Assembly (NCBI GenBank): GCA_043228905.1
Contig: JBHGNT010000018.1
Location: 17,422,001-17,486,000 of the forward strand
Direction: 5' to 3'
Source of the DNA: Azolla caroliniana
Taxonomy: Eukaryota > Plantae > Polypodiophyta
DNA length: 64,000 nt
Shown here: positions 23,421 to 34,320 of the stretch, in pieces
Numbering within the stretch: position 1 is the stretch's first letter
Layout: the number at the start of each line of letters is the position of its first letter
Notes under the pieces: model-generated
Told to the model about the DNA's origin: nothing
The model's database searches: none
Seen by the model: only the letters and a program-made list of their open reading frames with translations
Made by a program: the position numbers and the translations under genes

Positions 23421-26400
23421 CAAGAAGAAGACCACATTGCTCTAATTAAAATTACAGTGATTAGGGTTATCAGTACTCTTCAAAGAAAAAATCTTGTAAC
23501 TCAGATTGCCAGTTATGGAGTTATTATTATTATTATCATTATAGGTTTCTTGGATCACACACAGTGGTGACGTGACCATTGTGAGTCCTCTCAGATATGA
23601 TAGAGCTCTCCTCGGATCAAGAAAGATGGATTGTAGAACCAAATGAAGATGGGCAACAACTCATTCATGGATACGTAATGGTGGACATGGAAGTGAAATG
23701 TCACTGTAAACCAATATATCCATAATCCAAGCATTCATGGTTAGTTCCACAAATGGCATATGTAACAAGTGCGGTTGGAATCATTCACTATTTTAAAGAC
23801 TAGATGTTAGATTTTCCTTCAGCCTTTCAATTATAAGTCACAATATCATATTTTTGTGACAGCTTCAAAACTAGGTACTAGGTTTTAGTAGTAGAGCATA
23901 TGTTATTGTTTAAACCCCTCTCAAGGGGTGGTAGAAATAAAGGACCTTTGACCTCTCCCACATGAACTTGAATCCATAATAGCATTGCACACAATTTGTG
24001 CAAGTTTGGGTTCCCAAAAATTGTTAGTTCCCTATTGGGTAACGAGGTAAATGATGGATGGCATAATAGTACCTCAAAGCACATCCCCTCCATAGAGTGT
24101 GGTCAACACCAGCCATATCAAGGAAAACATAGTTTTGTTCGTAGGACATCAAACGAAGGATATAGGCATGTTGTCCCTAGTTCTGAAGCATATGAATGAA
24201 TGTTGTGGAGGTGAATACTTTGTTGTTGGTTGACAAGTAGAAGAGAAGCAATAATCGGTTGGCCTCTCTTTGGGCATGACACAACATTTGAAGCTTTGCA
24301 CTAGGGATGAAAGCACAACGCCGAACCTATAGGTGCATGGTCCTAAGCATAGGTTTGAGATAGTACTAATCTTCGCCTCGCACTTTGTGAACTTTTTCTC
24401 TTGTTTACTTCGCTTCCTCCTAAAACTTGCCCATGAGCTAAAGTGGGAAGGATAAATTTACGTTTTTGGCAATAGCTCCCTCCCACTCACCAACATACTT
24501 AACTTATCCTTTTGGAAAAGAACATCAAGTTAGGGTCTCATGAGTTGAAGTGGTGCATAATATTTGGTTGGACATGGTCCATACTCTATTGGTTTATTAC
24601 TCAATGTGTCCACTTTTTGACTTTCTTGGAAAATACTCTACTTTTGTCTTGAAAAGCTGGTCTCCCTTTTTCACATTTTTAGTTGCCAAGATGGTTGTAC
24701 GCTTCGTGATAACCCATATGCATACGTCCACATCCACATCCATATCCACACACACACACACACATCCACATACTAATACTCATGCACATACACATACGTC
24801 TATACACACATACACACACATATAACATAGAAATACACAATTAATTATACATGCTCATTCACAAGTATACATGAGGGTAGACATACTTCTATATAAATGT
24901 ATCCACACATACTCCCTAACACACTAAAAAATACAATTACACTAATAGACACATTTTTATGCAAACATATATATTGTGGTGTACGTTTTGAGCAAGCGCA
25001 TGCCGTCATGTTGTGGTGTACCTTTGTTCCTTTGTGCCACCCGTTTAGCATGCATGTAGCCAAACCAACCCAAATGGGTATCAACTTATCAACTATAAAT
25101 TGAGTAAGAAGTAAGAAGCAAGGCAAGCTTGTTTGGATTCTCTCTATGTGCTTTTCACAATATGCACTTGTATGTGTAAATACAAAATTTATTCATTACA
25201 TGCACATATTCACTACATAGCATTGAAACCTAGTTAGTACACCATACAAGCTCACATGGCTCACATATAATCTAATGCACATATATTATCGATCTGAACC
25301 GCATTATTGGTGAAGGCACAAGCTACAAATGAATCTCTCAAACACGATGAAAGCACCTAGACATGCATCACATCACTTAAAAAAGGAGAGAGGTCATCAA
25401 ATAAACCAACAAGTCTGGACATGTGGGCACGTTGGATTGCATTAGGTTGCATATTCCACGACATAGAATAGTTTTATCAACAATAACATTTGATCAATCA
25501 AAGTGTAGACTACACAATAATAGTGCAAGTCCATGAGTTTGTATATTTGGCTACCGGATAATAGGATTGACAATGAAGATAGGATAGAAGGACCATATAA
25601 TTGTTGCATAAACCAACTTCCATCACTTCATGGATATTGATAGGCCCAAGAAACCCATCCCACTCCATGGTCACGATGAATAAATGCATAGTGTAAGTGA
25701 CATATTGTATCTAGGATGAAGATTTTAAAGGAAGATTGGATCAATGTTGTTATAGACTAGACTGATAAAAGACTATTAAGCAAGATCAAAGAGCGATTAG
25801 ATGTTAATCCAGATCCCTAATCGCATATCAATATAATCTCAAGATAGAGCTCATTGGCTATGATGAATGCCTAGTGCAGATGCACTTAATAGGTTATCTT
25901 CTATATTGTCAGACAATAAGCCCTCAAGATGCCAAAATGATTAAGATACATGAATTTATGACCCAAAAGATGATGGGATACATGCTTACTATTTACATCA
26001 TTACATGCATGAGATAGGTATAACATGACTCATTACATGCATGAGTTCATAATACTCCCCCTCATCTCATCATCATTGTTTTAGCTCATCGGCTCTGATA
26101 ATCTTTTGAGTCCAAGAGAAGGAATGTTCAGCCATTGTTTTGATGCAGGTAAGCTTTTGGTAAAAATATCCGCGAAGTTCTTGCTTGATGTAATAGGTTG
26201 AATGTTGATATAATTATCATTGAGCTCACGAGTAAAGAAAAACTTGAGAGAAATATGTTTGATTCAATCACCTTTAATGAAGCCCTTCTTGAATTGATTA
26301 ATGCAAGCATAACTATCTTCATAGATAATTGTTGGTAATGGGGGCCGATAAACCGCAAGAACTTCCATTATGTCTGATTAAGCATTGTAACAATAGGCAT

Positions 26401-26931
26401 TCTCAACTTGCTTCATGTAATGCCAATATCTCAACATGATTTGAAGGTGTTGCAGCGAATGTTTGCTTTGTTGATCTCCAAGAGATCGTTGTACCACCAA
26501 CAAGGAGAACATAACCTATTTGTGATTTGCCAACATGAGAGTCAGATAAGTACCCATTGTTAGAATAACCGGTCAATTGACTGTGCATAGAACCATTGGT
26601 AAAGAAAAGACCCATATCTTCAGTGCCTTGTAAATATTAGAAAATCAGCTTAATTCCAGTCTAGTGTCACTTGGTAGGATCGTGACTATACTGAGCCAGC
26701 AAATTGACAACGAATGAAATGTCCGGACGCGTACAATTAGCCAAGTACATAAGTGCGCCAACAACAACCATTTAAGGGTACTGTGGTCCAAATGCTGACT
26801 CGTCAAAAGATCTTGGCTAAAATGGGTTACGAGAAGGGTCCAAAGAGCAAACTACCATAGGAGTTCTAGTAGAATGAGCTTGATCAATAGAAAACCGTTT
26901 TAATATTTTATGGATATAAGAGATCTTATAA

Positions 26932-28779
26932 GCAAAATGTGGTTAAACCGAGGTCTTTCATTTCAAATTGTTGTACTTCATCCAAATGTTGTACTTCTGG
27001 CTTCGGGGTATAGGCTTCAGTGGTCAACTTTGACAGTGTAGGAAGCGTCAAAGCCTTGTGTATCGAATTCCCGTTGAAAACACAAGGTTTTCTACTAAAC
27101 AAACGAACATGGATATCGATAAAAAAAAGCTAATAAATTGCACCTATGTGGGCAATTTTAGGGTTTATCAACCTAATTATTGCCTATAGTTAAATAATTG
27201 GTTTCTTTATCATGCTACTACTAAAATATTTATTCTATTTTAGTGAACCTCGCCAAAAAGTCCCCGCCTTCAATCTTAAGATCATGTCTCCTGCGAAAAG
27301 GGGTTATGATGGCTATCAACAAAGCAAATCCCATAGGCTATTTTTCGAGTTTGGTTTACGTCGAGGAAGATGGAGTATTATTCCTAATATTTGCAAAGTC
27401 CGAAGGAAAGGGAAAAATGGATTTAGTCAAGAGCTTCACATACGGTAGACTTCGGAATGTTGAGTACGAAGATAATGACTCACCTAATCTCGTCCTTGAT
27501 GTAGAAAGCTTGAATGGGACTAGACGGGTACTCATTGATGAAGGCAACCTGGTGGCTGAGTGTCAAAAACCAAAAAGACTAATCAACCACCTAATTGAGT
27601 TGTTTTCAAACCCAAATGATTGGGTTTTAGATTTGTTTTCCGGCACAGGTATATAATATAAAACTTGTCGCATCAATTTAGATTAATGTATAGTCTATTC
27701 TTTAGTTTGATGTTACATGTGCAATTTCATTCTACTGTCAGGTACTACTACAACATGCACCTTAAAGATGTTCAAGAACTCTGTTGCATTGGAGAAGGAC
27801 CCTTGATAATGTTAATTTCATCAAAATGAGGATCCAAGGTATCCTAGGACTGTCCAGATCAAGACCAAGATGTTGGGGCAAAGAATATCAATGAAACTAA
27901 GATGTTCCAGATGACTTCTAGAGAACCTATGGAACCTGTAGTTGAAGAAGCAGGGGACCTTGTTGAATTAGAAGACGTGTTAGAGTTTGAACACACTAAT
28001 GATTCTATTGAGCGTACCGACGAAGCCAATGAGGACAATCTTGATGAAGGAGCTAATGCGGAAGAGCCGGCTTTACCAAACCTATTATTGGATTGAATGC
28101 ATATGGCTTATTGTAAAATTTGAACAATATGAATTGTTAAATTTTGATGTAATATATAAGTTGAGCTTATTTATAATTTTCGTGTAACATGCATTGAACT
28201 TAGAGATTAAGTATAATTTGTATGTGTACTTGTTGTTTGAAGTCTCCTTTATTATTTGGGGTTTATATGAGATAAAATTATACTCTATCATTTGCTCGTA
28301 TGATTGGAATACTATTGTAGACTGGTTTATTTCTACATTGACGGTGTCATGTATCACGTGTCAAGGGAATTTTTCTCTCAACATAGTAGTATCTCTTAAT
28401 TGTCATGTTCACAATTTGCTTTTTAAGAAATATTTTATATAAATATACACACATAATTAAAAGAAGTCACTTATTCAGTGGGGTATGCTTTTTAGAATAT
28501 GCACAATGACATGTGTTACTATTATACTTGCGTTGACATCTATACCTTATCTAAGTTTTGGACAAAAACATGGTAGATAGAATATACGTCAGATGATTTT
28601 GTTGTCGTGATATTAGTTAGTTCTATTTTTCGCTATGTTTTCATAAACCACATACGCATGCATCGTGCCTTTTTGAAATTCTGCTTAAATAGGGCATTTT
28701 TTAACATCTCACTAAGATATGAAAAAGAGAATGTGACATATTACCTATTTCAAATGACCCGGTGTTTACCATATTAGCC
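26932..28779. mobile_element. Insertion inside the Bianca element, possible DNA transposon derivative
   Basis: Non-Copia sequence on the opposite strand. Imperfect terminal inverted similarity atgtggttaaaccgaggtc / gacccggtgtttaccatat; no clear TSD. Confidence 0.45.
27244..28096 (+). pseudogene. Beta-class N4/N6 DNA amino-methyltransferase-like fragment, intron-containing, with acidic tail
   Basis: LFLIFAK...ECQKPKRLINHLIELFSNPNDWVLDLFSGTG, then a 93-bp GT-AG intron (27649-27741), then TTTTCTLKMFKNSVALEKDP* and, after a frameshift, VNFIKMRI. Fits QKPxxL..DxVLDxFxGxGTT..ExD..R of the N6_N4_Mtase family. Confidence 0.7.
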
Positions 28780-31599
28780 TTCGATTTCCTATCTTGACCT
28801 TGCTTGCCATACTTCTGATAAAGATCAACATGAAACTTAGAAGTTTGGCAAGTATTTGCCTAATACCCTCGTAGACCACATCAAAGACATGAATTGGATG
28901 AAGCATTATCTTGACTTGACTTTGATTGATGGTACATTAGCTTGACTTGATTACTTTTGGGATATTGATTCCTATTGTTCGTCTTCCTCGAATTTGTGCA
29001 TATGGGTGTTGATGACGATGTTGTCGTCTAGAATAATTAATCTCGACATGCGTCAAATCCTTAAATTGTAGAGGAGCCACAAGTTGGCTAATTGGATGAA
29101 GTTTATTATTCTTGAGGAACACTTGGTGGTGTTTCTTAGCGACAAGAAGTTCAGATAAAAGTTCAACATAGGTTTTAAAACCACGATTACGATATTGTTC
29201 GGAAAGATTAAAATTTGAGGGATGAAAACTAGTTAACGTTTTGTTGATTAGATTTGCCTCTTGAACAAGGTTGTCATGACCACAAAATTTAAGTTTAGAA
29301 ACGATACCAAATAGTGAGGAATTATATTCAACAACTGACTTGAAATCTTGAAAATGAAGTTGATTCCATTCATGTAAAGTGTTGGGGCGGAGAACAGTTC
29401 ATTGATGATCAAAGCGGTCAAGTTTGATTTGCTTTCGGAGAGTTGATGGATTCTTGATGGAGAAGTATTGATTCTGAAGGCTTAGATCAAGGTGATGAAG
29501 GATCAAGATGAATGCTTCCGCTCCCTTCTTCCTAGCATTTTAGTTCTCAACATCATTAAAATTATCACTTACGTTATGAAGGAGATCTTTCGTCGTGAGA
29601 TGGCCTTCAACATGAACCATCCAAGTCATATAATTGGACCCATCGAACGCAAATGGCGAGAATAAGCATTTCTCTATTTGAAGAGCTTGAGAAGCTATAC
29701 TAATGGTAACAATAAGGTAGATTTGTCTAAGAGAATAATTAATTGCAATGGTAGACGTTGATCGTGCTAATAACGTGTTATAGAATAGACTGATTATAGA
29801 CTATTACGCAAGATCAAAGAGCGATTAGATATTAATCCAGATCACTAATCGCATATCAATATAATTTCAAGATATAAGCTCATAGGCTGCATACTATTGA
29901 CATCACGACTAAGATAGGTATAAGTTTATAACATAAATCATTACATGCATGAGTTCATAACAAATGCAATAAATCAATATGCTAACATGATTCCACTCCT
30001 CCTCATTGATAGCCCGATGTGATCTAACCATCTCTCAAAACAAACTTGGAGAATGACACAATGTGTGAATTTACTAGTATGTTAGGCCATGGCCATATTC
30101 CCATCCATGGACATTCCTTTATGTCCGTGAATGAAACTCGCGGCATGTGGGCATCAACCCATGCATGACCATCGTGTTTATGCTAGCTAATGCATGGCCA
30201 TGATATCTCATGCATGGCATGGAATCCCATCAACCCACGCATGACCATCATGTTCCATGCATGCGTGACCATGATATCTCATGCATGCCATGTAATCCCA
30301 TCATCTCATCTCTAGTTAATATGTAATTACACAAACAAAACACAATTCATAATTTGATTCCACTTCATTTATTTATTCATTTAATGACTTGAACGTACGA
30401 AAAGCCTGCGCAAGAAGAAGAAGAAGAAGCTCATCATCTTCTTTCTGCTTCTCCCATTTAGAAACAGCTTTTCTCCATCTCCATCTCCATCTCTGGCTGG
30501 TTTCACATACATATATTATCACAGTCATCTTGTCATGAATATCTTTTCAGTCTCAAGCATTGATTGCTTCCACTCTCAAGCATAAAAAATGTGTACATGA
30601 GCCATGACACACATAAAAACAAGCTTGCCTTCACCACTTGACTTACGCCTGCAGAGAACGTCTTCAGTCTAAATGCTAGTATTACCCCCTTCCTAAAACA
30701 AAGCATTGCCAAGGCACATGATGGCTTCCGTTGAGAAGAAAGCCACAATCACATTCCCATCAACGAAGCCCAAGAATGCACAGAAATCAAATCTATATAA
30801 TGCTTTTGCTGATATCAAATCGAATGCTGTAGGTAAATCGGGGTGATTTATCGTTCATTGGATAATGTAGGCGGGATGGTTTACACTTTGATGGTACAAT
30901 GAATGGACAAAAACTCAGTTTTTGCGTTTATAAAGCTTTTTGTCAAGTGGCATGTGTATGATATGGTATGCACTATTTCAGGTGGTATGAGTATTGATCA
31001 ACTCAATGTAATAATATGCTTGTTTGTTAGCTACTTTAGTAATTAGGCTTCTAAACACACAATGCAAGGGAAACCCCAACAAAAACCCTAAATTCTTGGT
31101 CTGTCTTGTTTTCTCTCATTGAACCATTGATGTTTTTGTGAATCCTTTCTCTTTTCAGGTTCCTTTGCTGTACTCATCTTCTTACAACATCGCTTTCCTT
31201 GGCTTGGATCAAAATCTGTAAGTTAAAAATAAATTCTACTTTCCTCTCTCTAGTCTTTCTGTCTCGGTAAAAAGTTGGAGATAGTGTAGAGAGATTTGAA
31301 GAAAAGAAGTAAACAGGGAAAGAAAGAGAATGAGACGGCCACTTGTCCTAATTCTCATTTAATCATGTTTTTGTCAATGTTGGTGCCATGCTTCCATTGA
31401 CATTTGGATCATTCCCCCCCCCCCTTTGAATCGTATTATGGAACTCCAATTTTTCTCCCATATCAAAAACTAGGGAAATTTTTGCGGGGAAATATCTCTT
31501 TTGGCTTGTTTCTTAGTGTCATGCCATTCTGTTTATGGATCTGATTTCTTGCGAGGAAACAGATGCCAGAAGGATAAGCATATTGTGGAACCTAATTAC

Positions 31600-33475
31600 T
31601 GTTGCCACGGAAGATGATTTCCTTGAGGTACCATCTTATGTATCACCTCCACTATTTAGTGTCCCATAAATTAAGATGTTAGGAGGATCTCTATTAATCA
31701 CTAACACAATGATTGTATTCAATTCTATAGAATGCTCAAACCATTATAGCCATTCCACACTATATGATAAAGTGGCATGTCTCTACCGTTTTAGCATGGA
31801 GAGGCTCGTCGCTAAAGGAATTGGCAAGGTTCCTGAGGTTAAACAGCTCGACATGGACAAGGCAAAGCTAATGTATGTGCTACTTTTCTGATTAAAATGG
31901 GGATTTTTGAAGTTCCATCAAAGGCAAACATTATATGTTACCTGGCATTTGTAGAACTAAGCATGAATGCTTGGATTAAGGATATATTGGCGAATGATCG
32001 AAGGGAGAGAGTCTGTGTCATATCTGTGAGGACTTACAATGGTGACTTCACCACTGAGTGTGTGATCCAAGAAACCTATAATGATAATAATAGTAATAAC
32101 TCCACAACTGGCAATCTGCGTTATATGATTTTTTCTTGTGGAGTACCGAAAACCCTAATAACTATAATTATAATCAGAGCAATGTGACCTTCTTCTTGTT
32201 GAAAGTGTTCTCTGATCTGCACTTGGTCATTCTAGGTAAGAAGAAGACAAAGCAATGAACGTATGATTCGAGTTGAATCGATATTGGCGTACATTGTAAA
32301 AAGGCATGATCCACTAAATTCGCTTCATTTGATTTCATTTCTTTAAACACATCGGAAGTACTCAGGAACCTGTTTTGCATAACTAGAAAAGAATGGCACA
32401 GAACAACATCTCCTCGGCTTTTGCATCAACAGCTTTACAAAGCCATTCAATCTTTGTAGCAGTGTCTCCAACCCTTGCACATGAGATAAGGAAATGAATG
32501 TGAAGAAGAGCAGCAAATTACAAGAACAAGAATCCCCACCCTTTGAGGTGAAGAATGCATATGATCACCAGAAGTCGAGACAGTTGATTCGATGCGACTG
32601 TACCGCTCTGAGCTGAAAGTTAGGGTTTTCCGAGTTCAAATTGATTTAAATGCAACCAAAGAATAATGGCATTAGAGCAATAACAGTGTTGATCCTTTAA
32701 TGATTACAGTACTAGTCATTCGTGTTTCAAAAATGAAATACACAAAGCACACAAAATGATGACTTGAAATCATCCTGAAAGGTATGGATTTTTTAGTAAC
32801 AACATATATCAGAAGCCATATGAGCTACCTCTAGTTCATAAATGTTACACAGAAAGAGCATGTTTTCTTGTGGTCTACTGGATATCAAAGTTCGTGGTTC
32901 ATAGAAACCAGCAAGTTATAAAACCTACCATTGTTCATGGAACTTCAAAAATCCACCTTCTGTTCAGAAAAATAAGACACATACAATGACCTTCCGTTGT
33001 CCATGTAAAGGTGCCTAACGTCAGAAACCTTGCGTATTCCTGTAGCCACAAGACTGTCCATGCTAAGATACTAGGAACATGCCATTTTACCATATAACGT
33101 GGAAGGGATTCTATGGGATTCAATAGAATCATTGGTTTCATTTAGATAATTTGTTAATTACATCAAGATTTGGAGAGATCCTCCTAACAGCTTATAAAGA
33201 CACTAAACTGCAGGTTATAAGGTGATACTACAAGGAGATCATTTTCCGTGGCAACATCAGGCTCATCAGAAACTCAGGGAAATGTGTCCTGGCATCCTTA
33301 TATGTCTTCATTCTTCCTAGAACGTTCAGCAGATCTGAAGTGTGTCCTTTCTGCATAACATTTATGAAAAACGAGTGACTATGATTGTAAACGTCAATGT
33401 TAATACGTAACTCAAATGACTATCTTCTTTGTTGCATTTAAAATCTGTCCTACTCAGAAAACCCTAACCTTCAAG
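31600..33475. repeat. Mosaic of diverged inverted duplications upstream of the intact Dof-like gene
   Basis: 31600-31805 is inverted relative to 33050-33256; 32612-32665 to 33425-33475; 31996-32198 to 23420-23620. Confidence 0.7.
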
Positions 33476-34320
33476 CATTTGTACGCAATGAGAGAGAGAG
33501 AGAGAGAGAGAGCCATGGTGTAAATCACATGTCTATATTTCGTTAAGGATTTAGAAGGAGGTTATTGACCATCTCTGCTGGTAATACTTGGGTACATTCT
33601 GTTTGTCCTCCTGTTTGGTTTAGGTTGTGAGATCATGTCTTTACCGTATGTCTATTGAATATGTCTATTGCGTGAAACCCCTTTAATAATTGATGGAAAA
33701 GAGTGACCTGACTGTTTGAATGATTAGTGAAATAGAACAATATTAGAATCTACATCAAGCGATGATTAATTGATTAAATGTGGATGATTAGGGGTTTTGA
33801 CAAGTTCTGGTATTTGTAAATGTGGATGAATGAGATGTAAGAAAACGAGAAAGAGAATGTTCTACTAAAAAAAAGAGAAAAAAAATGGAAAATAAGAAAA
33901 CGAGTGCATCCCAGCCGTTGATAAAACAAAACATTTCTAGAAAAATAAAAGGACGGCATCCAGCCCATCGGAGCCGTGCGCCGTCGGATGGACGTCAGGA
34001 TCCGACAACCCACGATTGCGTACACAAAACGCGAAACTGTCTTCTGCCCTTTTTCCGACAGAAGAACAGTAGAGACAAAGCATTTCGAACACACACAGAA
34101 AGAGAAAGAAGAGAGCCTTTGAACACCATCGCCACCCCTTCATCGAGACGGCCTGAACAGCAGTTGCCTTGCAGAGTAAGGAGGAACCCACATTCTAAAT
34201 ATATGGAAATGACAAAATTACCTGCAGAATCATATCAGACTTGTCAATCGTATACTAGTTAGTAGGGTAGGACATTACCTGCAGAATCGTATCTGATCAA
34301 TTGTCGATCGTTCTAATAGG

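Larger units (their letters stand above)
25748..29962 (-). mobile_element. Bianca-lineage-like Copia retrotransposon, degraded and internally deleted
   Basis: LTRs 25748-26054 and 29776-29962; TSD aatgt/aatgc (empty paralogous site caatgc near 1241). PPT complement ctccccctc at 26055; PBS CGTTATTAGCACGA. RNaseH GYLSD..SQIGY..ISWRSTKQT..SNHVEILALHEAS; gag WNQLHFQDFKSVVEYNS. Confidence 0.88.

Noticed and set aside
23880-24700. Possible degraded LINE 3' region
   Set aside because: No diagnostic motif could be read confidently in any frame.
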